Of a stretch of DNA of 64,000 bases, positions 49,615 through 58,253 are shown one piece after another. The notes under the pieces were generated by a model, which was given only the letters and a program-made list of their open reading frames with translations, did no database searches and was not told where the DNA came from. The stretch is from Candidatus Hydrogenedentota bacterium (lineage in GTDB: Bacteria; Hydrogenedentota; Hydrogenedentia; Hydrogenedentales; SLHB01). A program made the translations under genes and the position numbers. How positions within the stretch are numbered: position 1 is the first letter of the stretch; every line of letters starts with the position of its first letter. The stretch covers positions 448,001 through 512,000 of the forward strand of contig CAXXTH010000018.1 of NCBI GenBank assembly GCA_963668025.2, written 5' to 3'.

Positions 49615-52346
49615 TCGGAAATGGCCTCCATCGTTTCCTCCTCCGGCTGTGTCTGGCCGAAGGCCGCATCCAACAGCTCACCTGCATCCAGAAACATCGT
49701 AAGCTGCCCTTGGACGATAGCCGTGCCTACAATCCCGGGCCCTATGGATTGCGCTTTCTTCAGTTTAACTTCCACATCCATGGCGTCCACGATATTGGAG
49801 ACCAGGATGCCCATTCGAGGTTCGGTAGATACTCCGTTTTTCAAGAATTTTGGGATGATAACGAAAGCATCTTGGAGGCTCGGCGGCATGGGAGTGACAT
49901 TCAGATGCTGTTCAAGCCTGGCCAGCGGCAAGCCGCGATCATGATATTCCATAAATTCTCGGCTGCCAATGTGCTGCACTTGCTCGAGCCGGAGCGACTC
50001 CAGGCGAAGCACTTGATCTTGCCGGAGGGCGAAATATTCGTTGGGAGCCACGTTGAACAGAATAATGGAGCACTGCGTCCTGCCTTGCTGAAGCTCCTTG
50101 GCGCGCTGGTTTTCCAAGCGCCGCTTTTCTTCTTCCTCCAAGTCCATGAAGCGCAGACGGGCCATGGCGGCCAGCCCGCCCGCGTCGATAATCATGATCA
50201 CGCGCCCGTCTCCCAGAATCGTAGCGCCGGAAAATGCCTTGCATCCTTTAACAAACTCGGACAACGGCTTGACCACGATTTCTTCGATGTCAAATAATTC
50301 GTCCACGATTACGCCAAATTGCCGGGCGCCCAATCGGAGAACGACGATATTATAGTCACTTTGCCAATTTTTACGCCGGTCTGGGCTGCGTCCGGCGGCA
50401 TCTGGCGCATCGGGCAAAGAGGAGCGGCGATCCGCAATCCGTTCACGCCGGTCTTCACATGGCGCATTCTCCTCTGGATCGATAAAAATGCGCGGAATGT
50501 TCAACACATCGGCCAGCCGGATCAGCGGCAGGAGCCGGTCACGCAGCCGTAATACTTCGGCTCCATGCACCTGCTCCACGCGGCGATGAATATCCGCCGC
50601 CCGCACCCAGACAAACTCCACGACATTGACTTGCGGCACCGCAAACCGGTGTTCGCCCACACCCACGATCATTGAAGGGATGATGGCCAGCGTCAGCGGC
50701 AGCCGCAACAGCACCGTGGTTCCTTGCCCAAGCTTGCTCTCCACTTCGATGTGGCCGCCGAGTTTTTCGATATTGTTTCGGACGACATCCATGCCCACGC
50801 CGCGGCCCGATATATCAGATATGGCTTCCGCCGTGGAAAAGCCTGGCGCAAAAACCAGATTGATGATCTCCCGCTCGCTCAGCTTGTCGGCCTCGTTGCT
50901 GCGGATAAGGCCTTTTTCAATGGCCTTATCAAGCACTTTTTCCGGATCAATGCCGCGCCCGTCATCACTGACGGAAATATTCACCTGTCCGCCCTGGTGA
51001 AAGGCCCGCAGCGTGATGCGGGCGCTGTGCGGTTTATGCACGCGTTCCCGTTCTTCTGGGAGTCCGATGCCATGATCCGCGCTATTGCGCACCAGATGCG
51101 TCAGCGGATCACTGAGCATTTCAATGATGGATTTGTCCAATTCCACATTGGAGCCTTCCACCACAAGCTCGATTTCTTTATTCAGCTTGCGCGCCATGTC
51201 GCGCACCACGCGCGAGAAGCGGCTGAATACCGTCCCCACGGGCTGCATCCGCGTCTGCATGATGCCTTCCTGCAATTCCGATGTCACCAAGTCTATGTTT
51301 TGCAGAATCGCCTGAAGGCCTGGCAGGTCTTTCATATGCGCATCAAGCGCCCGCAGCAATTGGTTCCGGCCAAGCACCAATTCTCCCGCCAGGTTGACTA
51401 GGCGGTTCAGCAAATCGACGCGGACGCGCAACGTTTCCGCATGATCTGCTCGGGCTATGTTATGGGAAGTGGATTCGTTAGGCTGCCGTGCAGCCGTTTC
51501 ATGGGACGGCGCGCCCTGCGGCTCCGGCGCATGTGCCGCTTCGATTGTATTTTCCTGAGGCTCGGATGTATTTGGCTTCGATATGCCCTCCGCCCTATTC
51601 AGGAGCCTCACCTGTTTGGCGGGAAGCTCAAGCCCTATGGGCGCCAAATCAGGCTCCAAAACAGAGGCATATAGGATTTGCAGTGAAAACTCATCATCCT
51701 CCCAGCGCTCTTGAATAACACTTGGCTCCTCGGACAATTCGATGATTTGGCCCATTGACTGCGCATTTTCGATGAATTTTTCCCAAGATAATTGGCGGTT
51801 CACCAGATCAATGCCTGGATAAACCTCGATTTGATAGAGGTGTTTGCCATAACGAATCGCTTCTTGCACCGCTTCTTGCGCCAGATTAAATGTCATGATT
51901 TGGGGCTCCGTACCTTGGGCGGCATCACGCACCTGGCCGAGCGCCGCGGAGTCAGTTATTGGTCTATCGAGGAAAGCTTCCAAGCTGGCCATTTCTTCCA
52001 CAATTGGAATCTGCTCGCTGTGGGTTAAGTCATCGATAATTGCACGCAGCTTGTCTACGGCGTTTAGCAGCCTGTCGACAAGCTCTGGCGATGGAACAAG
52101 CTCATTTTCCCGCACGCGCATTAATACGCTTTCCATGCGATGGCTTAGTTTTTTGAGATTGTCAAAGGCGAGAAAGCTAGAAGAACCTTTTATACTGTGG
52201 ATTGCGCGGAAAATCCGGTTTATGGTCTCGGACTCCACTACCCCTTTTGCTTGTTCCATTGCCAACAAATCGGGTTCGATGTTGTTGAGGTGTTCACGAC
52301 TCTCCGTGATGAAGTCGTTGAGAAGACTCTCGTCAAAAAAGCTCAT
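49611..52346 (-). CDS. cheA: Chemotaxis histidine kinase with two C-terminal CheW-like domains
   Basis: Hpt IFRAIHSIKG; HLVRNSADHG; DDGRG; ISGRGVGMDVV; LPLTLAI. P5 is followed by a second CheW-like domain. Confidence 0.95.
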   Translation of the reverse strand: MSFFDESLLNDFITESREHLNNIEPDLLAMEQAKGVVESETINRIFRAIHSIKGSSSFLAFDNLKKLSHRMESVLMRVRENELVPSPELVDRLLNAVDKLRAIIDDLTHSEQIPIVEEMASLEAFLDRPITDSAALGQVRDAAQGTEPQIMTFNLAQEAVQEAIRYGKHLYQIEVYPGIDLVNRQLSWEKFIENAQSMGQIIELSEEPSVIQERWEDDEFSLQILYASVLEPDLAPIGLELPAKQVRLLNRAEGISKPNTSEPQENTIEAAHAPEPQGAPSHETAARQPNESTSHNIARADHAETLRVRVDLLNRLVNLAGELVLGRNQLLRALDAHMKDLPGLQAILQNIDLVTSELQEGIMQTRMQPVGTVFSRFSRVVRDMARKLNKEIELVVEGSNVELDKSIIEMLSDPLTHLVRNSADHGIGLPEERERVHKPHSARITLRAFHQGGQVNISVSDDGRGIDPEKVLDKAIEKGLIRSNEADKLSEREIINLVFAPGFSTAEAISDISGRGVGMDVVRNNIEKLGGHIEVESKLGQGTTVLLRLPLTLAIIPSMIVGVGEHRFAVPQVNVVEFVWVRAADIHRRVEQVHGAEVLRLRDRLLPLIRLADVLNIPRIFIDPEENAPCEDRRERIADRRSSLPDAPDAAGRSPDRRKNWQSDYNIVVLRLGARQFGVIVDELFDIEEIVVKPLSEFVKGCKAFSGATILGDGRVIMIIDAGGLAAMARLRFMDLEEEEKRRLENQRAKELQQGRTQCSIILFNVAPNEYFALRQDQVLRLESLRLEQVQHIGSREFMEYHDRGLPLARLEQHLNVTPMPPSLQDAFVIIPKFLKNGVSTEPRMGILVSNIVDAMDVEVKLKKAQSIGPGIVGTAIVQGQLTMFLDAGELLDAAFGQTQPEEETMEAISE

Positions 52347-52924
52347 TGCCGCTACTCATCATCATGTGGCTATTGCCATACCCCACCCCTCATAACAGAG
52401 GCATTGTTATCCTTTTTGGCCCATCTAGACAATCACCCTTCGCGCCCTCGATCTCACATCTGGTCCCGCTGCGAGGCTGAATGCCCATGCCGAATACTCT
52501 GTATTCATGAACTAGAATTTATGCATTATGATTCCATATTATCAGGCTATTCTCGGGATTTCAATGTGTTTTCACCTATTGCCAGGCTTAATGCGCAATA
52601 AGAGCCAAGATGCTAATGGCAGCAATATCAAATGAGTGAAAACGGCCTTTTTTTCAATCGTGTTAATGAACTGAATCCAGGGCTTTCTTGACTATCTATC
52701 TTGGCTATCGTCTAGAGTTCCAGAAATAGAAAGGATAATAGTAATAGAAGATGGAGATATGGAAACAAAAAGCAGTAAAAAGACAAAAAACCTACTATTT
52801 CTGCTCAACGGAAAGCAACCTGTCTAGACTTTTGTCGGAACTTCTGTAAGCGTCCGGCGAACGACGTGGTGAGGTGGCGGAAGATGGGGTTGGGGTAAGG
52901 TCGGGCGGAAGGGGAAGTGAGGTA

Positions 52925-53767
52925 TTCATGCCAAGGGATTGAAGGAGTTTGGGGTGTTCATCCATTTCTTTTCGTAACAGCGTGATGAGATCGAGGCAGG
53001 AGGGCCGTTTTGTCTGTTTTCTCCACCTTGGAAGGGGGGCATATGCCTCGTTTCGATGGGGGCCGAATGTGTTGAGTGCGGCCAGGAGCAAGGCGCTGTA
53101 GGCCGCCACGGCCAGTGGGGGTTGCTTGGGCACGGCGACGGGGTTCCACAATTGGGCCTGGCCAACACCCAAGGTATCTTTTTCTTCCCGGTGGTTCACT
53201 TCAATTTGCCAGCAGTCGAAGTAAATCTGGAGCAACTCATCCGCACGATGCGTGAGGCTGGTGCAAAGTAGGTAGGCCGGTTTCCTGTAATAGAGCTTGC
53301 TGCTTTTGCGCTTGCGGTATGCCGTGGGAGCCACGACGAACAGGCGCAGTGGCACGAGCAAGGAGGCCTGCAAGAAGCGCAGGCCCAAGATGAGGTTGTT
53401 GTGGAAAGGCGGCGACAGGGGATCGCGCTGGTAAAAGGCCTATAGGATGCAGCGCCCCGTCTTACGGAGCTTGGTGTCATACAGGGCGGCGGCCCACCAG
53501 CCTGCTCTTGCACAATGGCAACGCGCCTTTTAAAATGGGCGCAAACAGGTCTTGGGGAGCCCATTTGGCCCGGCCGTACAAATGGTATTCGGCCTGCCAG
53601 GGCTGGTCCTGCCTCCCACTGGCCCACAAAATGCGGGTGATGGTGCGCCGTCCCAGGCATACCAGGGAACCCAGAGCCTGGCGCGTCGCGCGCATGGCGG
53701 TGTGGTTCTGTGCGAAAACCTCACGCCACTACGTGGTGATATCCAGCCACGATTGAAGCAGCGTCAT
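52925..53767 (-). pseudogene. IS701-like DDE transposase, frameshifted with probable internal deletion
   Basis: N-terminal LVCLGRRTITRILWASGRQ..W and C-terminal YYRKPAYLLCT..WQIEVNHREEKDTLGVGQAQ lie in different frames; too short for a full transposase. Confidence 0.75.
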
Positions 53768-54099
53768 CCCTTGGCCTCCTTGAGTCCGAAAGTGTTCTTA
53801 TCCGTGCGAACAAACCGGTCTCCCCGGGTTACTTTCTTGGTCAGCGAGGACACCAGGCTTTCCCGGTCCACCTGGATGCCGAAGGCGTTCTGAATCTGCT
53901 CCAGGAGCGCCGTTATATGCAGGGGATGGCTGGCTTTCGCAAGTATGTCGAAAGCCATATCTACTTGCGACCTACTTTTCTTCCGCCGCGTTTCCGGCGA
54001 GGGGCTGTTTTCCTTGCGCAACCGGCGCACCGCCCGTAGCTGCGCCTCCAGCCCATGCTCCATTGCCTGCAAAATGGTATCTCTCAGTTCTTTATCCAT
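53764..54099 (-). CDS. Small winged-HTH protein, upstream accessory ORF of the IS701-like element
   Basis: SQVDMAFDILAKASHPLHITALLEQI..RESLVSSL..FVRTDKNTFGL; RBS AGGAG; ATGA-type overlap at 53764-53767. Confidence 0.75.
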   Translation of the reverse strand: MDKELRDTILQAMEHGLEAQLRAVRRLRKENSPSPETRRKKSRSQVDMAFDILAKASHPLHITALLEQIQNAFGIQVDRESLVSSLTKKVTRGDRFVRTDKNTFGLKEAKG

Positions 54100-54268
54100 A
54101 CAGATCTCTCCTGTTTCGACCTAACAGGATTAAAGCATAAATGAGTCAGTATGTCAACATAAATCCAATCAACCTACTCAAACAAGAAGCGTGCGCTCAC
54201 AGCCAACTTATTTAAAAATGGAAAAACTCCAGGCGTGGGCGTCACGGCCATGCCACCCGCTCAAGCCT

Positions 54269-56593
54269 CTATTTCACCGCAGCACGCCGCTTTTTAGCGA
54301 ATACGAACAATACCACAGCGAGAGTGACGGTAATCACGACCCAGCCGCCGGAAGACAATTCGAACGAATCGTTCGGACGATAAGGATCAAAGCCCATCGC
54401 GGCTTCTTCCGCATCCGATTTGCCGTCGCCATCGCTGTTGTCGTCTTGATAGTTGGCGACGCCGTCACCGTCCAGGTCTTTGGCACCCTCGATATAATCG
54501 GGGATTCCATCGCCGTCGGTATCCCAATGATACACCAAGCTCGGGTCTATGTTCTGGCCAGCGAGATCCTCTTTGGGCCACTCTCCCGTGAAACGGAAGA
54601 GGGTGATACCCTTGGTATCGCTGGCCACATAAATCAGATCTCCCCGGGGCTTGATGAGGCCGAAAGTCAAGGATTTTTCATAATAGCCAACGCGTTCGTT
54701 AAATACACCATGCCGGACATCATAAATCTGAATACCCTGGTCTGCCGAGTAGAAAGCGTAATCGGCAAGAACTTCCACTGTCCACAGATTGGGATAGCCA
54801 ACTACCCTATCGTTGTGCTCAGTGGCGGATGTGAGCGAAAGCCATGTCCGGCAGTCAAGCGAGTGCGAGGTATCACTGTACAGGCTCACAGAAACACCAA
54901 CGCCACCCCAAATGCCAAAATCATAGTACATGTCGATGGAATTTGCACCGATATACTTGGGAAAAGCGGGGTCACTTATATCATATTCCAACACGTGACT
55001 ACTGTGATAATAATCTATCCAATCACCTTCATTTACCTGCCATGCGCGCATATATCCGGCGTATATCCGTCCATTTTGGGCCACCAAGCGGGTTGCATGC
55101 ATGGTGGTGCTGCTATTGGTACGAACACTGGACTGTGGAGTTCCTGGGGCGCTTGGATTCGTGACATCTACAGCCATCAATCCACCGTAAGGCAATTCAA
55201 CGTAAGCATATCCTCCCCAGTACAATACTTTCTGAGGAGGAAGTGGAGCTTCAACGGAAGACAACACGAGTAGATGGCTTGGGTCACTGGTGTCAACTAT
55301 ATAGAGCTTATCGGCCGCGACAAAAAGGAGATCGTTGATGGCATCCAGCCCAACGCATGTAGCGCCAATATCCAGTGAACCAAGTTGTGAGAAGGAGTTG
55401 TCCGGGTTCCGGCGTAATCCGGTCAGAATATGAGGATATTCCGTACTAATGGAATGGGCCACCCACACTATATCGCCGAATACATCCATGGCACCCAAGA
55501 TACCATAGCCGCCTCGGACAGAGAATTTGCTTGGCCACCAAGACTGCCCTAGTTCCTGAGGAGCAGAATGATTGGAGATGTCGACGGCTTCAATGCCGCC
55601 TTCTCCTGCCGCGTAGTATACACGATTTCCCTGTACAGCCAGATCGTACGGTTTCGCGGCTTCCGTGGTATGCCGTCCCAATTCCACTGGAGCAGAGGGC
55701 GTACCGACGTCAAATATCTTCAGGCCTTGTTCTCCGTAGTCATGCTCTGTTATATAGACAATGTTATCGTCTGCGGCAACAATGGCGTCGGCCTCGGTGT
55801 CAAATCTATCAGCAAATGTGATCTGGTGCGGTGCCGCCATATCGCTCGCATCAACGATACACCAATGCGTATTGTACGAGTAATCTCCCACTATATGTAC
55901 AAGGCCATCATGGGCAGATATATCGCGAATAACCATCTTATTGAGAGTAAAAATATCACATAAAGGAGACAGCACACCCAGATCTGAAAGGGACAGAAAG
56001 CACAATTTGGTTCCACCTCCTGTATAGACAACACCATTGTCAATGTCGATTCCTTCGAATCCATAACCTGTAGGCTCACTCTCGACATACTGGCTTAGTA
56101 ACTCCGGCTGAGATGGATTCGAAACATCGACCACTAAAATATAACCACCCTGAAGACACACGAGAACCATTCCGCCCCAATATGCTAGTGTCCTCTTAAT
56201 ATTGGAAATATAGCTTGTGTGCTGATAGTAGCCCATAGGCGTCAGTGTATCTGGATTATGAGCATCTATGATGAGAGGTGATGCATCGCCTGCGGCGACA
56301 TAAAGCACCCCATCATTCACAATAATATCAGTAATATATTTACCTATATATAGAGAACCTCGCCGGCGTGGATGCATCGGGTCGGAATAATCGACCGCAA
56401 CAACCTCTTCGCCCACACTCGCAAACACAATATCTCCCTCAACCGCCAGATCGGTGCAGGCACCACCTGCGTGGCCAATCAGCTCAATATTCATGGAGTT
56501 GTCTTTAGTAGGCAGGCTTACAGCGAAAGCATTATCACATGATATGCATACTAACACTAAAAAAAGAACGAATGGCCGATAAAAATGCCACAT
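54269..56593 (-). CDS. Secreted LVIVD-repeat protein with Ca-binding DxDGDG repeats and C-terminal TM anchor
   Basis: Signal peptide; repeats VVDVSNPSQP, IFDVGTPSAP, AVDISNHSAP, IVDTSDPS; DTDGDGIPD/DLDGDG/DSDGDG; TM + KKRR. Confidence 0.85.
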   Translation of the reverse strand: MWHFYRPFVLFLVLVCISCDNAFAVSLPTKDNSMNIELIGHAGGACTDLAVEGDIVFASVGEEVVAVDYSDPMHPRRRGSLYIGKYITDIIVNDGVLYVAAGDASPLIIDAHNPDTLTPMGYYQHTSYISNIKRTLAYWGGMVLVCLQGGYILVVDVSNPSQPELLSQYVESEPTGYGFEGIDIDNGVVYTGGGTKLCFLSLSDLGVLSPLCDIFTLNKMVIRDISAHDGLVHIVGDYSYNTHWCIVDASDMAAPHQITFADRFDTEADAIVAADDNIVYITEHDYGEQGLKIFDVGTPSAPVELGRHTTEAAKPYDLAVQGNRVYYAAGEGGIEAVDISNHSAPQELGQSWWPSKFSVRGGYGILGAMDVFGDIVWVAHSISTEYPHILTGLRRNPDNSFSQLGSLDIGATCVGLDAINDLLFVAADKLYIVDTSDPSHLLVLSSVEAPLPPQKVLYWGGYAYVELPYGGLMAVDVTNPSAPGTPQSSVRTNSSTTMHATRLVAQNGRIYAGYMRAWQVNEGDWIDYYHSSHVLEYDISDPAFPKYIGANSIDMYYDFGIWGGVGVSVSLYSDTSHSLDCRTWLSLTSATEHNDRVVGYPNLWTVEVLADYAFYSADQGIQIYDVRHGVFNERVGYYEKSLTFGLIKPRGDLIYVASDTKGITLFRFTGEWPKEDLAGQNIDPSLVYHWDTDGDGIPDYIEGAKDLDGDGVANYQDDNSDGDGKSDAEEAAMGFDPYRPNDSFELSSGGWVVITVTLAVVLFVFAKKRRAAVK

Positions 56594-56807
56594 ATTACAC
56601 TCCTTTCTTTAGATCGTATTACTATACTAAATCATTTTATTTGTGTTGTCAATAGAGTGTTTATTGACGAAAGATCCCCAAAAATTCGACAACAACACTT
56701 CTATAGACGGGTAACTCTATTCAATATAATTAGTTGCGGTTATCAATCCCCATTTTTTGGGGAACTCCTGTTTTTTTACCTGATATAGATTTTCATCTGC
56801 CTAATCG

Positions 56808-57150
56808 TTCAGGTTTGTGTGTAGGGCTTCACCTGGCGATTAAGGCGTAGACACAAGTTTCTTCATATGGTATAAAAACGGCCAGGCATTCGCGAATACG
56901 CCCGGGAAGCTGGAAGGCGCGACAAGTTCCAGCTTGCAGTTCTACTCTCTGGAAGGTTTGGATAGCGGCATATATACCTGCCGCTACGAAACTCCCGTCG
57001 GGCAGGTAGTCGAGACGGAAGCCTTCACGTTCACGGTTGAGGAAACGCCCGCCTCCCTCCCACTCTCTTGGGCGGGGAATTGGATGCTTGCCTTGATGGC
57101 ATGCGCCTGGCTTTTTTTGTTTTGTGCTGCGTATAGGGATGGACGAATGA
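56808..57150 (+). pseudogene. Remnant: single Ig-like domain + LP/TM C-terminal anchor, with an in-frame stop and no start
   Basis: Frame reads FVCRASPGD*GVDTSFFIWYKNG..LEGATSSSL..DSGIYTCRY..FTVEETPASLPLSW-TM-R; TAA at 56841. Confidence 0.65.
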
Positions 57151-57193
57151 CTGGCGAGGACGCCAGCCATTCGTCTGGTTGTTCCAGGTGTAG

Positions 57194-58075
57194 TTATCGA
57201 ACGCGATACGATCGCCCAGAGGGGTGTGGAGGCGTGAGTTGTGTGGACTGGCTGCCCCTGCGCGCACCAGACGAACGAGTAGTAACGTGCGTCTCGTTTC
57301 CGCCTTGGCGGCTTGGCCGAGAGTATTGCATATCCGAGCCACGGTAGACCGGAGTTCTATCGCCGCCATGCCTGGCGCCCGGCTCTCTGTAGTTACCGCC
57401 GTTACCATACGGCCTGCGCGGATGATTATCATATTCATCCCTGTAACCCGGAGCGTAATCCTGGCAAACTGGCGGATTATAATACGGTTGAGGGTAGTAA
57501 TTAGGTTGCACATAACTGTACGGATTCGGCGCATACCCATAATACGGCGGCACTTCGACAATGACGCGCGGAGCGGGAACGATGGTCACGGGGTAAGGTG
57601 GAAGAACAGGCCTCACCTCGACCGTTGGCGCGGGAACGATGGTTACGGGGTAGGGTGGCGGAACGGGTGTAACCTCGACGACAGACGCCGGCGGATAGTT
57701 ATTGGCGTTCAGTAAAGTCCCGACAAGCCCCACCACGGCGTTTGCTATCCCGACATCCCGGTACGCTTCCGCGTCCGAATAGCCATGGTGGTCCGAACCG
57801 TGATAGCCACCACCATTCCCGGAGTATTGTCTTGCGGAATCCAATAGATTTCCCAAGCTATTGAGTCCATCCAGCCCGAGACCAGATGAATTGGATTGGT
57901 GGCGGTTGCTGTGCCTGCTCACATTCGGAAACTTTAGTCCAGACGAGTGGCGCGGCGCGGCCACACTCCTCCCTCGGATCTGCGCAGACGCGTCCGAAAC
58001 GCATAAACCCAACGAAATCAATACCATACCAGCCATTACGATGGCAGGCGCTCTCGTTTTCCTTGTCGTGTCCAT
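57194..58075 (-). CDS. Secreted Pro/Tyr/Gly-rich low-complexity protein
   Basis: RBS AAGGAG; signal peptide ending ASA; hydrophobic GIANAVVGLVGTLL; tandem repeat VEV.PV.PPYPVTIVPAP. Confidence 0.7.
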   Translation of the reverse strand: MDTTRKTRAPAIVMAGMVLISLGLCVSDASAQIRGRSVAAPRHSSGLKFPNVSRHSNRHQSNSSGLGLDGLNSLGNLLDSARQYSGNGGGYHGSDHHGYSDAEAYRDVGIANAVVGLVGTLLNANNYPPASVVEVTPVPPPYPVTIVPAPTVEVRPVLPPYPVTIVPAPRVIVEVPPYYGYAPNPYSYVQPNYYPQPYYNPPVCQDYAPGYRDEYDNHPRRPYGNGGNYREPGARHGGDRTPVYRGSDMQYSRPSRQGGNETHVTTRSSGARRGSQSTQLTPPHPSGRSYRVR

Positions 58076-58204
58076 AACGGACTCCTTTCAGTTCCTGATG
58101 AATTAGACGAGAGTCCGGAGCACTTTATTCACGCCGGCGTATGTAAACGCAATCGTCCTGCCGGGAAAATCGGTAAGGAGAAAAGCCTTCATAAAGGAGA
58201 AAGT

Positions 58205-58237
58205 CTCTCCCGGCGCGCCAAGTGCGCGCCGGGAGAG
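58205..58237 (-). terminator. Intrinsic terminator-like hairpin after the GxGYxYP operon
   Basis: Perfect 14-bp stem CTCTCCCGGCGCGC/GCGCGCCGGGAGAG, followed by ACTTTCTCCTTT on the minus strand. Confidence 0.7.
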
Positions 58238-58253
58238 GCCAGGCGCTTAGCAA

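Noticed and set aside
54191-55273. 360-aa plus-strand ORF
   Set aside because: Antisense shadow of the LVIVD-repeat gene.
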